The notes under the pieces are model-generated. The model saw only the letters and a list, made by a program, of their open reading frames with translations, made no database searches and was not told where the DNA came from. A stretch of DNA of 64,000 nt from the human T2T-CHM13v2.0 reference genome, Homo sapiens: assembly GCF_009914755.1 (NCBI RefSeq), contig NC_060939.1; one strand, written 5' to 3'. The position numbers were made by a program, and so were the translations under genes. Positions 39,012-55,014 of this stretch are shown piece after piece. Positions within the stretch are counted from its first letter, which is position 1, and each line of letters starts with the position of its first letter.

Positions 39012-40501
39012 CTGCAATATGCTAAAAGCCAGCTCCTTGGTATGCATTCCTTGTCAGAATGCCATCTTTCAACATTGTCAGTGCAGTAATTTTCGGAAGG
39101 TGGGCAGTTCTCAGGGCCAAACAGCTAGAATGAAGCCCACCATGGCAGAAGGAGCGGCTCTGGTCCCTTTTATAAACACACGGTATTGGCCAGGAGAGGA
39201 GGAGGAATGAACCAGGAGCTGGCAGAGTGCCTCACGGGGCCTTTGGGATGAGGTTTCCCTGGGGTCTGCTCTGAGAGTAGGTGCACGCAACAGAAACGTC
39301 ACGTCTGGTGCCTGCAATGGCCTGGTGGATTGGAGCTGGATGCCAGCACAGAGCAATGGGTTGGGGGTAACTCGGACTCTCCAAGTTGTCAGGAATTCAG
39401 CCCGTAGACTGACTTCTAGGCTGCTTCCAGACCCAGTGGGAAACTGAGTGCCTGCCGGGGTCTGGCAGACATGGCAGTGTCTGGAGAGAAGACAACCATC
39501 TCCATATCCACCCTGACGATGGCATAGACTGTGTGGGGTTATAGTGTTGTTAGCATCTTTGTCAGAAGACTCAAAGAGTAAAGCCAGGGCTGCTGGTTGA
39601 GGTCTTCAGTAGCACAGCTGGGCTAAGACAGTCAGGTCACTTGAAACGCCCTCCCCTCCACCCCACCTCAGACTGCTCCCGTGTGAGCCCCGCGTGTTCC
39701 TGTTACAGCCAAGGCCACAGGCGATCGCAAAGCATGCCTCTCCTGATCAGAAGTGTTCTCTAAACTCCCACAGTGCTGTTTCCTCGTGTGCTCGTCTTCA
39801 CATTTATTGCTATGGATCTAATCTTACAGCTTTGTATATACTTCCTATTTCCTGACTAAAGTCTTCCTTCTTAAGGAAATTCTAGATATTTTCAGATCAT
39901 TGTGATTTTGTCCTCAAGAACACATCTGACCCGTTGAGATTCTCTGTTCCAGTACTGCATCACTTGACAAATTTGCTAACAACCATATAAAGTAACCTGT
40001 TTTCCTTTGTGTTGGCTGAATGCCATCCTTATAGGAGACTTTTTAAAAAGTTCTAATTTTCCTAATTCCAATAAGTTTTTTCTTTATTTACCTTACCAAT
40101 TTCATAGTCTCTAATAACAGCCCTTTTTCATAATTTATGATTGAAGAGGTCAATTGCAGGTTATTTATCAGGTAAAATAATATAAAAGTCCAGCAACAGC
40201 TAATTGATAATTACACATACAGACAGAAACACACACGTACACATGGATGCTAGAATCAAATATTTAACCTTTCAATGTCATGATTATATAAAGATTTTGG
40301 TGATGGGGGAAGTACTTCTGTTCTAATGTTAGGTATAAACAAGACTGACTTTTATATACCAAGAATGAAAAGAAAATATATGTACATGTAGAAAAACTCA
40401 GGGCTAAATGAAGGTGAAATCATAAGTGAAGTGGTCGATGTTTATAATTATCTTCTTATTCTGTGAATATGTGTGGAAAATCATTTAAAAATTCCTCTCC
40501 C

Positions 40502-40801
40502 AGCCAGATGCAGTGGCTCACGCCTGTAATCCCAGCACCTTGGGAAGTCGAGGCTGGCAGATCACCTGAGGTCGGGAGTTTGAGACCAGCCTGGCCAACA
40601 TGGTGAAACCATGATTTCTACTAAAAATACAGAAATTAGCCAGGTGTGGTGTCAGGCGTCTATAATCCCAGCTACTCAGGAGGCTGAGGCAGGAGAATTG
40701 CTTGAACCCGGGAGTGGAGATTGTGGTGTGGCAAGATTGCGCCACTGCACTCCAGCCTGGGCAACAGAGCAAGACTCTGTCTCAAAAAAAAAAAAAAAAA
40801 A
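40502..40801 (+). mobile_element. AluS (Sq/Sp-like) element
   Basis: Alu dimer with cacctgaggtcgggagtt; TSD-like aaaaat(t)cctctcc flanks. Confidence 0.94.
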
Positions 40802-42402
40802 TCCTCTCCTTGCCTGAATGTGAGACTTTTGTGTTGTGTTCTAGGTCATCTACACACACAAGCCTCTGTGAGTCACTCCATCTTTGGGGAAACCTTCCGT
40901 CAAAAGTTGTGGCAACAGAAGATTTCCTATCTTTGATGGACACAGACCTCCCTTCCACTGACATGTATTTTAGTTTCATTCAGAAAATACATACATTGAC
41001 TACTCAGTCTGCAATTACCATGTGAATTATGTGACCAATTTAACAGCAAAAGGTTAATCTATTTTCACAGAAGGAAGTAGTAAAAGCAAAAATGGATGTT
41101 TATGTTTTGATTCTCACCCTAGGCTAATCAGCGACATTCAGTCTTATATAACAAGGAATGAACAATAGCACTACTGTAACCTTGAATTATTATTTGCTCT
41201 AAAAATAGAATTATAACATGCACTTGAAGTTGAACGTTTTGTATCTTCATCTTTCATTGTATGTAATTTCATTTATTTTAAATAATGGAAAGAAAAACTA
41301 ACAAACAGAAGATGGGCTCATTAATAAAATTTAGAATCATCCGTAATTGGCAAAGGTGGTAGAGAAATGAAAGCACCACAGTGTGGCGGCTCTGGGAGTG
41401 CACTGGCTTCCTACACAACAGAGCCCTGCCTATGCCGCCTGTGGTGGTGCCTTTCAGGGACCTCTGCAGCCAGGGCCAGGCAGCCTGGGTGATTGTTATT
41501 GTCATGGCTCCACCACTGAGCAGCTCTGCATTCTAGGCCCCGAATTCCTTAATATCCGCACCTCACTTTTCTTCTTTGTAAACTGAGATGGTTATAGCAC
41601 CAGATCTCCCCGTGCTGTTAGGGTGAGATGAGTCAATGCAGGTAGAATCCCTCACAGGCTGCCTGGCACAGACATGCCAGCTCTTGTTACCATCATTATT
41701 GTAGTTACCAGTGACAGTGGTAGTGCTCGGTGATATTATAATTTGGAAGACTAGGCCTGGATTAAAAAATAATAATTAGGGTGTACCAGAAGATTGTTAT
41801 GATATTACAGGTTCACTTACTATACAGTTTCATATTGGCCCATTACACAATGGTTATAGCCAGGTTCCGGTCAAAATTTGGGCGTGTAGGAAAACTCTGC
41901 ACTAAATGTACCACGTGAAGTTATAAGTGAAATAGTAGATATTTGTAATTGTATTACTTCAACTTTTTCTGTATTTTCCCATATTCTACGAATATATGTG
42001 CATTTATTCTACATTTATATTTTTTGAGCTTATAAGCAATTTTAGAAAATGCATGTTTTCAGTCCCGTCAAGGAAAGCTTTATGATAATGCTCAATAAGG
42101 GATAGGAAACAAAGAATAAATAACTTTTAAAGGCATCTTAAATTGCTTTACAAGCAGTAATATATGTATAGGTACACACCCTAAGCCACCGAAGTGCTGA
42201 GTAGATTTGATTTAAGCCTTATTTCTGAATGATATTCACCTACAACACAAACTTACGTAATTTGGTGGGGATAGTTCAGATAATCTCATAAGAGACATTA
42301 ATTTTTAAAAGTACTTAATATGGCTTTCTGGGACACGATGGTGGCTCAGTGAATGGCTAGAGTGAGAGAGTCGTTCAAAGGTCTTCATCTTTTATTTTTC
42401 AG

Positions 42403-42485
42403 CTTGACCATCTCTGCAGAGTGCCCCATGCAGCTTGAGGACTTCCCGATGGATGCGCACGCTTGCCCTCTGAAATTTGGCAGCT
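42403..42485 (+). CDS. GABRA5: GABRA5 coding exon (83 nt; [27 protein letters not shown]), Cys-loop
   Basis: ttttatttttcag acceptor, T|GTAAGT donor, C-x13-C Cys-loop signature. CG|C completes Arg from the previous exon across a 31.8 kb intron. Confidence 0.98.
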
Positions 42486-45400
42486 GTAAGTTATTTTCAC
42501 AAGTAAGAGCCTTGGACATATACTTTGGGGATCAATTCCACATTTATTCAGAAGAATTTAGGTTCTGCATATACATAAGCACAATAGGATGCAGTCTGTT
42601 TAAGAAGCGTGGAGAGTGTATTGTTCTCCCCAGACTAGCTTTCTTGTCTGCAAAATGGGGTCATTAACACCTGCCATACATCACAGATTAGGATAAACTA
42701 TGACAATGCCAGTGACATCACTGAACAATCTGGAATGTGCCCCTCTGGGGGTGTTTCTCCTCAGATCTCAACCGGGCAGTTCTTTTTTGTTTTTGCATCT
42801 CAGATTACAGGTCACCTGGTCAAAGGTGACCAGTGCCCAGTACTCAGCCAGTGATATTTTTTATTGTGCTGTAATCATTGCTGTGTTGACTCACTTCTTC
42901 TAGAATGTTCCATAAGAGCAACAGCCTCATCTGTCATGTTCATAGTCAGTGCTCACCCACAACACTCAGCATTTTAGGAAATATGTGCTGCTTGAACAAA
43001 TAAACAAATTATTCATATCACAATACTATAGGTATACACTTATACAATTCTAATAGGAATTCCTGGATTCCAGCCATTCCAGACAGAGGAATTGACAGTT
43101 GAGACAGTTGAAAAGTTCTGTGTCTTACAGGAAAATGTAATCCATTTTCTTTACTGTGACAATTAGAATGTTTAAAAATATTCTTGAAATATTTATTTCT
43201 CCAAGTATTAAATTTTGTTACACTTGTTTCAGCATCATCCCCACATGTGAGCTATTGGGAGCAGACTTGAAACTGATCTAGTTTCCATCTTTCTTTCTAC
43301 TCTTCACTTGTGCACATGCTATATGAAGTTTTCACTTTGAAAGCAGAATGTTCTCCTTGAGATGAAGCATGAAAACTGTGTGGGTTTGAATCCTGGCTAT
43401 CCCACTCCTCTGCTGAGTAACTGTGGGCAAGTTAATTAGACTCTCTGAGCCTCTTTCCTCATTTGTAAAATAGATGAGGGCTGTTATAATATGTTTGAAA
43501 CTGGCAGAGTAACACCAGTTAAAGTGTTCAATAAATGCCCATCATCATCATTACCATAAAAGTTCATTATATTTATAGTTTCTTGACAGGATGCATGTCT
43601 CATCACTATAAATCATCTCTCTTTCACCATGTAATGCCTATAGAACTAAGTTTTGTCAAATATTAATATTGCCACACCAGTTTCTTCTTTAATTCTTGCC
43701 TGGGATATCTTTCTACTCCTTTTTTGTCTGTTTCCTGTTTCATTATATATCCAAGTTGAAAAGTTCTGTGTCTTACTGGAAAATGTAATCCATTTTCCTT
43801 ACTGTGACAATTAGAATGTTTAAAAATATTCCTGAAATATTTATTTCTCCAAGTATTAATTTTTTTACACTTATTGTTTCAGTTATTTTCCTTTCCTCTT
43901 TAAAAAGAAACACCACTTGTTGAAGAGATTATCTTTTCCTCATTTTTGTATTCTTGGCACTCTTGTCAAAGATCAGTTGACTGTATATGCATAGATTGAT
44001 TTCTGGACCTTCTATTTTGTTCCATTGTTCTCTATGTCAGCCTTTATGCCTGTGCCATACTGTTTTAATTGCTGTGGCTTTGTAACATATTTTGGAGTCA
44101 GGACATGTAATGCCTCCAGCTCTCTTTTTTCCCAAGATTGTTTTGGATATTTGGGTTTTTTTGTTATTTCATATGATTTTAAACATTGTTTTTTCTATTT
44201 CTATAAAAACTGCTGCTGGAATTTTGATGGGCATTGTATTGAATCTAAAGATCACTTGGGTAGTGTGGACATTTTAATAATATTAAGTTTTTCATCCATG
44301 AACGAGTGGCATCTTTCCATTTGTTTGTGTTTTCTTTAATTTATTTCATCACTATTTTGTAGTTTTCAGTGTATAGATTTTTCATCTCCTTGGTTAAGTT
44401 TATTAATAAGTATTTTGTTCTTTTTGATGCTATAATAAGTGGGATTGTTTTTCTAATTTCTTTTTCAGATAGTTCATTGTTAATATATAGAAATGGAACT
44501 GATTTTTGATGTTGATTTTGTATTGTGAAACTTTAATGAATTTATTGATTAGTTCTAAAAGTCTTTTGGTGGAGTTTTTTGGGTTTTCTGTATGTAAGAT
44601 GATGTCATCTATAGATAGGGAGAGTTTCACTTCTTCCTTTATGATTTGGATGCCTTTTATTTCCTTTTCTTGTTGAATCGTTCTGGCTAGGTCCTAAAGT
44701 ATTGTACTGAATAGAGGTGGTAATGGTGGGTGGGTATCTTTGCTTTGTCCCTGATGCTAGAGAAAAAGTTGTCAGTTTTTCACCATTGACTATGCAATTC
44801 ACTGTGGGATTTTCATATGTGGCATTTATCATATTGAGGTAATTTTCTTCTATTCCTTGTGTATCGAGAATTTTTATCATGAAAGGGTGTGGAATTTTGT
44901 CAAACACTTTTTCTGCATCTACTGAGATGATCAAATGGTTTTTGTTTTTCATTCTCTTAATGTGATGTATTACATCAATTGATTTTCATGTGTTGGACCT
45001 TCTTTGCATCCCAGAGATAAATTCTGCTTGGATACGAATCTCTTAATGTGTTGCTGAATTCAGTTTGTTGATACTTTATTGAGGAGTTTGGCATCTATAT
45101 TCATCAAGGACATTGGCCTCTTGTTTTCTTTTCTTGGAATATTTTTGACCACTTTTCATATGAGAGTAATGCAGGACTCATAAGTTTGAGTCTTTGTTCC
45201 TCTTTAGTTTTTTTTGAAGAGTTTGAGAAGGATTGGCATTAATTCTTCCTTAAATGTTTGGTAGAATTCACTAGTGAACTATCTGGTCCTGGGCTTTTCT
45301 TTGTTGGGAGGTTTTTGATTATAGATTCAACTTCCTTACTAGTTATTGATCTATTTAGACTTCCTATTTCTTTGTGATTCAGTCTTAGTAGGTTGTGTGT

Positions 45401-46479
45401 ATCTAGGAATTTACCAATTTCTTCTAGATTATTCATTTTATTGGCATATAATTGTTCATTGTTGTCTTTTACAAGTCTTTTTATTTCTGTGGCATCAGTT
45501 GCAATGTCTCCTTTTATTTCTAATTTATTTGACTTTTCTTTTTTTCTGAATCTACATAAAAGTTTGTCAGTTTTATTTTTTTTCAAGGGACAAACTCTTT
45601 GCTGATTCTCTGATTCTGTTTATTGTTTTTAGATTCCCTACTTTGTTTATTTCTGCTCTAATATTTATTATTTTCCTCCCTCTACTACATTTAGACTAGT
45701 TTGTGCTTCTTTTTCTAATTCCCGAAGGAGTTAGGTTGTTTATAAATTTTCCTCTTGGTGCTGCTTTTCTTAGATGCCAATAAGTTTTGATATGCTGCAT
45801 TTTCATTTTTATCTGTTTCAAGGTATCTTCTAAGTTCCCCTTTGATTTCTTCTTTGGCCCATTGGTTGTACAAATGTGTGTTGTGTAATTTCCACATATG
45901 TATGAATTTTCTAGTTTTTCTTCTACTGTGGATTTCTGGTTTCATTCCATGTGGTAGGAAATTTCTGTCTTCTTAAATTGATTACATTTGTTTTGTGACA
46001 TAAAATGTGAATGTTCTGTATGTGCTTTAGAAAAATGTGTATTCTGCTGCAGGTGAAATGTTTTATGTATGTCTGGTGTTGTTCCAGCCCACTGTACCTC
46101 TTTGTTGATGTTCTGTCTGGTTGTTTTATCCATAACTGAGAGAGAGGTATTGAAATCTACTACTATTATTGCACTGCTGTTTCTCCCTTCAGTTCTGTCA
46201 ATGTTTGCATTATATTTTCAGTTGTTCTTACGTTGGGTGCATATTTACTTATAATTGTTATATCTCTCTGGTGAATCAATCTTTTTATCATTACATATTG
46301 TTCTTCTTTATCTCTTGTGACAGTTTTTAACTTAAATTTATTTTGTCTTATGTAAATATAGCCATCCCTGCTCTCTTTTCATGGCCCTTTATCATGAGAT
46401 ACCCTTTTCCATCCCTTCATTTTCAGTCCATGTGTGTCCTTAAATCTACTGTGAGTTTCTTGTAGATAAAATAGAGTTG

Positions 46480-46768
46480 TGTAATCCCAGTACTTTGGGA
46501 GGCTGAGATGAGTGGATTGCTTGAGCCCAGGAGTTCAAGACCAGCCTGGGCAATGTGGGAAAACACCATCTCTACAAAAAAAAAAGTTTTAAATTAGCTA
46601 GACATGGTGGTGCATGCCTGTAGTCACAGCTATTTGGGAGGATGAGGCAGAAGGATCACCTGAACCTAGGAGGCAGAGGCTGAGGTGAGCCATATTTACC
46701 CCACTGCACTCCAGCCTAGGCAATAGTGTAACACCCTGTCTCAAGAAACAAAAAAACACACAAAAAAA
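46480..46768 (+). mobile_element. 5'-truncated AluJ inserted in L1
   Basis: Begins tgtaatcccag; contains ggattgcttgagcccaggagttc. Confidence 0.9.
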
Positions 46769-49700
46769 GAGTCGGATCTTGTTTTCTTATCCATTCAAAC
46801 TCTCTTGTGTCTTTTGATTGAGGAGTTTAATTCATTTACATTTAAAGTAAATACTGATTGGGAAGGATTCACTATTGGCATTTTGGTAATTGTTTCTATT
46901 TGTCTTTTATCTATTGCTCCTCTTTAACTCTCCTGCTGTCTTTGTGCTTCATTATTTTTTTTTGTATTGATATGCTTTGATTCCTTTCTCTTCTTTTCTG
47001 TAACTTCTATAGTTATTATCTTCGTGGTTACGGTGTAGCTTATATAAAATATCTTAAACGTATAACACTATCTTATGATAATATCTTAACATCAATTACA
47101 TATAAAGACTACACTTTACTACTATTTCCCACACACTTATTTACATCCATTTATATTGTGCATCATTAACATTTTTAGTTGTAATTATTTCTAATACTTT
47201 TGCCTTTTGACTTTTATACGAGAATTAAAAGTGACTTATTCATCACTGTTACAATAATACAGTATTCTTTATTTGTCTGTGTAAATACAGACAAATACCT
47301 GTGTAAATACCTTTCCCAACAAGTTTTATACTTTCTTATGCTATTGTGTTGCTATTTAGCATTCTTTCAACTTGAAAAACTCTCTTTAGTATTTCTTGCA
47401 AGTCAGGTCTAGTGGTTTTGTATACTTTCTGCTTTTGTTTTTCTGGAAAAGTTTTTGTCTTGCCTTCATTTTTGAAGGAGAGTTCTGCCAGGTATACTTT
47501 TTTTTCAGCACTTTGAATGTGTTTTATCATTCCCTGCTGTCCTGCAAGATTTCTGATAAAAAAAAATCCATTCATAATCTTATGACATGACTATTTATAA
47601 CAACTGGCTTCTCTCTGGCAGCTTTGAAAATTCTTTCTTTGACTTTTGACAATTTATTTAATGTGTCTTGGTGTGGATTCTGGGTTTGCCTTATTTGGAA
47701 TCCTCTGTACTTCCTAGATCTGTTTCTCCATTTCCTTTCCCAGGTTTGGAAATTTTCAGCCATTATTTCTTTAAATAAGCTTTTGTTGTTGTTGTTGTTG
47801 TTGTTGTTCTTTCTCTCTCTCTTCTCCTTTTGAAACTCAGTATACATATTAGTCACTTGATGGTGTCCCATAAGTCTCTTAAGCTTTCTTTTCTCTTCTT
47901 CATTCTTCTTCTTGCTCCTCTGACTGAATAATTTCCAGTGATCTATTTTTGAATTCATTGATCTTTCCTTCTACTTGATCTAGTCTGCTGTTGAATCCCT
48001 CTGAGGAATTTTTCAGTTCTGTTATTGTATTCTTTAACTCCGTGATTTCTTTCTGGTAATTTAAAAATATTTTCTGTCTTTTTATTGAAAATTCACTTTG
48101 TTCATATATTGTTTTCAGTAAGTATCTCTATGATGGTTATTTTGAATTCTCTGTCAGATAAATTATATAACTCCATTTCATTAGGCTCAGTTTCTGAAGA
48201 TTTGTCTTCTTTCATTTTATGGAACATATATCCCTGTTCCTCATTTCTTTATATTCTGTATTTGGTGTGCACATTAAATAAAACATTCACCTCTCCCAAT
48301 CTTCATAAACTGGCATTGTACAGGGAAAGACCTTCACCAGTCCACCTTTGCCAGAGATTCTGGGGACCTCTCCAACCTTGGTGCTAGTCAAACTCACTTT
48401 CTTTATTCTAAGCAGCTCCTAGGCATCTAGGGTCTGCTGGATCCCACTAGCACTCAGAGACAAGCAAGACTGAAATCGGTTCCTCCGACAGCCCTCAGAG
48501 AAGCTGTCTTTCTGCGTTTTCTGCATTAGTTGATATAATCATGTGAGTTTTCTTTAGCCAGTTAAAATGGTGGGTTACATTCCTGCCTTGCAGCCCTGGA
48601 ATAAACTCTGTTTGGTTATCACATATAATTATTTTTATATATTGTTGAATTCAATTTGATAATATTTTGTAAATGAGTTTTTGCATATATATTCATTTTT
48701 TATAATATCTTTTGTTTTGGTGCCAGGGTAATCCTGGCTTCATAAAGTGGGAAGTATTCCCACCTTTTTTATTTTCTAGAAAATACTGTATAGAATAGGT
48801 GTTGATTATTTAAGATGTTTGTTACAATTCTTCACTGAAACCACCAGGGCTTGAAGGTAACTGTTTAGGGAGATATTTATGATTTAAATTTTCTTAGTAT
48901 TTAAGACTATTTGAATTATGTACTTCTTATTAGGTGAGTTTGGGTAAATTGCGCTTTTTGAGAAATTGGTTTATTTTATCTAAGTTATATTAAATTTGTG
49001 TAGAGTTGTTCATAGTTGTTATATTACTGTCTTGATGTCTGCAGTGTCTGTAGTGATATCTCTTATTTCTGACGTTGGTAATTTGTGTTACTCTTTCAGC
49101 AAGATTGATAGAGGTTTTTCAATTTTATTGAACTTATTATTTGTAGCTCTTTGTTTCATTGATTTCTCTATTGCTTTTCTATTTTTTATTTCACTGATTT
49201 CTGCTTTCATCTTTTTATTTTCTTTCTTTTGCTTACTTTGCATTTAGTTCGCATTTCTTTTTTGTAGATTCTCAAGGTGGGAACTTAGGTTATTGATTTG
49301 AGACTTTTTTCCCTTCTAGTGTGCTCATTTAATGCTATAAATGTTTCTATAGCACTGCCTTAGCTGTTTTGCTCAAATTTTTAGTCATTGTATTTTCCTT
49401 TCATTCCATTAAATGTATTTCTAAATTTCCCTTAAGACTTTCCCTTTGACCCACGTATTATTTAGATATATGTTATTTAGTTTCCAACTGTTTGTAGATT
49501 TTTCTGTTATCTTTTTGTCATTGACTTCTAGTTTAATTCCACCATATCCAGAAAATGCCCTCTGTATAATTACAATTCTTTTAAATTTGTGAGCATTGTT
49601 TTGTGCACAATATGGCCTACTTGATATTTATTCTGTGAACATCTGAAAAGTATGTGCATTTTGTGGTTGCTGGGTGGATTGTCTACAAATTTTGATTATA

Positions 49701-50370
49701 TTATCTTGATTATGATGGTGCTGACTTCACCTCTATCCTTGATGATTTTCTGTCTCATTGTTGTGGATCAGTTGTTAATAAAGGGGCACTGAAATCTTCA
49801 GCTATAATTGTCTATTTGTCTATTTCCACTTTCAAGTAAATCAATTTTTGTTACACATATTTTTTAGCTGTATTATTTGGTGCATACACATATATAATTG
49901 TTTGTCTTCACTATTTAATATTTCTCTCTGTCTCTGGAAATTTTTCTCTGCTTTGAAGTCCACATAACTTGATATCAATGTGGCCAGTCTTGCTTTCTTT
50001 TGATTAATATTTGAATGATAAATATTTTTTCATGTTTTTACTTTCAGCCTCTATATATCATTAGATAAAAAGTGAGTTTCTTATAAATAGCATAGCTCAG
50101 ATTTTTAAATTTACTTTCCCAATATTTATCTTTTAATTGATATATTTACACTCTTTATATTTAATGTAACGAATGAAATGTTAAGGCTTAAGTCTGCCAT
50201 TTCTTTGGCTTTCTGCTTTTTCTGTGTTTTTATTTCTTTGTTTTCTTTTGTCTGTCTTACTGTGGACATTTTTTACTATTCCATTTTGATTATTTATAAT
50301 GTTATCATGTGTACATTGCTGTATAGGTTTTTCAGTGGTTCTTCTAGGTGTTACTTACTTAATTAACTAA

Positions 50371-50589
<219 letters not shown>

Positions 50590-53500
50590 TGAAATATGAA
50601 AACCTTACCTCCCTTTATGTCCCTTTACCTTTCCCTAATCTTAACACAGTTGTCTTAAATATTTCCTCTACATACATCTTGAACCACATCAGAGAGAGTT
50701 GCAATTTTTGCTTGAACCATCAAACTTAATTTTGAAAACTCAATAGACAAAGGAAATTTTATTATATTTATCCATATTTTTACTTACTGTGTTCTTTTTT
50801 CCTTCTCAGTGTTCCAAGATTCATTCTTTTATGGTTATCTTTCTGTTAAGCAAACTTTCTCTAGCCATTATTTCAGGGTAGGTGTGCTGGCAATAAGTTC
50901 TCTTAGTTTTTATTCATCTAAGAATGTCTTGACTTCTGCCCTTGATTACTGAAGATATTTCACTGGATATGGGATTAAGCTTTGACAGTTCTTTTGGCGC
51001 TTGAAAAATGTGCCACTTCCTTCTTGCCTCCAGGTTTCTGATGAGAAATCTGTCTTTCAAATTTTTTTTCTTTATAGGTAAGGTCTCATTTCTGTCTTGT
51101 TACCTTAAAGACTTTTTTTTCTTTGTTTTTAGTGTTCAGAAGTTTGACTATGATGTTTATTGGTGTAGGCATATGATATTTATAGGTTTATTGGTCTACA
51201 CCAATAGCCTTTCTGGTGTGCTTGCTTGTTTCTGTAGGTTTTGGTCAAGTTTGGGAAGTTTTATGAATTAATTCTTTGAACACTCTTTCTGGTCCAGCCT
51301 GTCTCTGTTCTTCCCTGACCTCCAAGACATGGATCTCAGCTCTTTTGTTACACTGTCATTTTCATCTACTTTCTTTCTGTTTTACAGATTGGACAATTTC
51401 TGTTGTTCTGTCTTCAATTCACTGATTCTTTCCTTTTTCCCCTCCATCTTATTTTGTTCCTCTAAGGAACTTTTTATCATGGATATTTTACTTTTTAATT
51501 CTAAAACTTCTATTTTTTTTTCTATAGCTTCTGTTCTGTGTTGAGACTTTCAGTTTTTTAAAAGTTTGTTACCAGCATGTTTGTACTTGGTCGTTGCATC
51601 ATTTTACAATGGCTGCTTTAAAAACATCTTTGTCCAGTAATTCTGATCTCTGTCATCTCTGCTTGATTTATTTTTATTGAGTTTCATCTCCCTCATTCTT
51701 GGTTTGACGAATAATTTTCTATCATAACCTGGATATTCTGTATATTATAATACAAGGCTTTTTTTTTTTTTTTTTCTCACTGCTTTGTCAGGGGAAGGTG
51801 TGGTACAGCCTCGTTACCACTGGGTCAGGGTAGAAATCAGGTTCCAGCTTAGCCTCTATTGATACAAGAGTTCCTGGGATTCCTTGTTAATGCTAGTGTG
51901 TACAGGACTTCCAGATCCATGCTAGGCCTCTACTGATAGTTCCCTAGATGGGAGGAGCTGAGGTGATTTGTCACTTTCCACATAGCTTTCACTGACACCA
52001 TATGCATGGCCTCATTACTGCCAAGTGGTGGAGAAAGTTTGGAACATCTACTAATCCTCTGACATGACTCCCATAAAGAGCAAGAGGGAGTTGCCCCTGC
52101 TGGTTTAGATGAAACTCCAGGCTTCCTACATGGCTTTTACTACCATTAGGGGACGGGCCTCATTGCAGCTTGGCAGGAATCAACGTCCTGGCCCCCTTAG
52201 TCTGTGGCCTTCTCTGGTGTCACTCCATCAGTGGGTTGGGCACCTGGTGAGGGCAGAAGTCTTAGCTGTCTGTTCAGCATTTGCTAGCCTGGAATAGGGC
52301 AGGGCCACGTTTTTTGGGGGGATGCTTGGTTGGAGTACAGTGGCCAGTGTCTAAAAGGTTTCTTGTCCTACTAGGTTGCACCCTTTCTGGTCCTGTGGCT
52401 AGATCGCACAGGCATCAGTTTTTGTCTGTTTGTGCCCGTTGGTGTTTCCAAGTTGCCAGCTTCTTTAGCTCCAAACCTGGGATGTGTAAGACAGGAAGAA
52501 AACCAGACAGTCACCACTAGGCCATCCCTTCGGTTCCAAGACCTATCTGCCTGCTTCTTTCTACCATTCAGATTTTTCCTACATTTATTTTATGTATAAT
52601 ATGCACTTTTATTTATAAATATAAATATATGATATTTATTTTTAGTGGGAGGAATAGAGGAAAATGCATTTTCATCTTTCTGAAAGTGGCAATCCCCCTA
52701 GATTTGTTTTCATTTTAATTTATACTTCTTGTGGTTTTCTGAGCCTCTTGAATCTAAATTTGTCTTTCACCAAATTTGAGGCATTTTGACCATTATTTCT
52801 TCTAAATTTTTTTTTCTGTCTCATCTTCTTCCTCTTTTTTATCTGAGGTTCTAATTACATGTACTACACCTTTTGGTATAATCCCATGGATCACTAGGGG
52901 TGTGCTCATGTTTTTAACCATTGTCTTGCCTCTATATTTTTTATATTGGATAATTTATATTTAGTGCCTTAAGTTCACTGATTATTTCTTCAGTCATTTC
53001 CAATCTGTTCTTAAGCCTAAACAATAAATTCATTATTCAGTATACAATATGTATCAAGTTTAGCATTTGTATTGGATTCTTTTAAAGTTTCAATTTCTCT
53101 ACTAGGATTTACTGTTAGTTTTTTATTACAGCAATTTTTTATTATAAAGCATTACATATTCTCTTTTGTATTCTTAAGCATATTTATAATAGCTACTTTG
53201 AAATTCTTAGATGCTAAATCCATCATCTGAATCCTATTGGGATTAGTCTGCACTGATTGCGTTTTCTCTTGAGCACAGGTCCTTTTTTTTTGTTTCTTTT
53301 ACGTATAATAATTTTGAATTGTCTCCTGGATATTTTATGGTTATATTGTACAGGCTCTGGATTCTGTTAAATTTAAAGTGTTCATTTTTATTTATTTGTT
53401 TTTAAGCCAGTTAACTTGGCTGAGTGTGAACTCCCAGCTCTGTCTTCCTTGTGGCAGGCAAGCCCTGAAACACAGGTGGTTCTCGCGCTGGAGTTGGGCT

Positions 53501-54624
53501 GGTATAGGCTTATGCTCCCCGCATGCATATGCATAATTGAGGGGCGAGTTAGAGATCTGGGGAGAGATGATGTACATCTGTATACATCACTGTGGGCCTC
53601 CCTTGTGGTTCTTTTCCTTCTAGGATTTTGCACCTCACTCTCCAGCTGCTGCTTTAATAGTTCCAGGCTCTTCTTTAGGTTCTTCAAGCAAGGGAGATGG
53701 AGGGGTCCTATCTGAGCATCAGCTGCCTTGCAGCGCTGACCCACAGCTTCTTAAGTGAAAAGCCATTCTTTCCTCTAAATGGCAACTCCTGTCCATTTCT
53801 GCTTGTCTTTGAGTCTCTCCGGGGCTTTCAGGGAGTAGTTTTTCATCTGACATCCAGAGATAATGGATGTTACCTCATAGCAGGCATTCTGCCATTCCTG
53901 GATGCAGAAAATGTTTTGATTTCAAGAATTTCATTTTATATTACTTCCATCATTCCAAAGAGATTTTTGGAATTAGAAGAGGAATTATAAGTGATGAGCC
54001 AAAAGTTAGGTTAGATGGAAATAATTCAACTTTTTCAAACTGTGATCTTTAGATATATACAGAGATTAAGATATACATTTATTTGAGGAGGCCAGTATAA
54101 TGGAAAGGGACTATCTCTGGGATTTATTTAAATCATTTGCTTCCATGGGGTGGTTGGGGACATCATTACTTAGAACAAAGGACCCTCTGAAGATCCCTGA
54201 GGCATTTCATTTGGGAATCACTGATTGATGTCTTTGAAAGAAAATTACTTGTTTATATCCTCAGAGGAAGTGGAGTTGTACAACTTGAAATTATGCCACT
54301 CTTTGTATATGAAAATTGTGCTTTTGATGTGATCAAAAATAAAACACTCTAAGTCAAAGATGATTGTTTTTTTGATCATTGGTTAAGTTCAAGTCAACAT
54401 GATACCCAGATGTAATGCTACTGGTGAGCAGGGCAGGTAGCACAAAAGTAAGTTTTGGTAAAGAAAACTACGTGATGACCTGATTATTTCCTAAATTTTC
54501 ATCTTTAACAATGAACCAACTGCAGTTAAATCATTTATCACACTCAAAGCTAAAATACTCATTCAGTGAAAGCTCTTCACTTTCTATATTCAGTCAAATA
54601 AAATAAGATTCATATTATATATAA

Positions 54625-55014
<390 letters not shown>

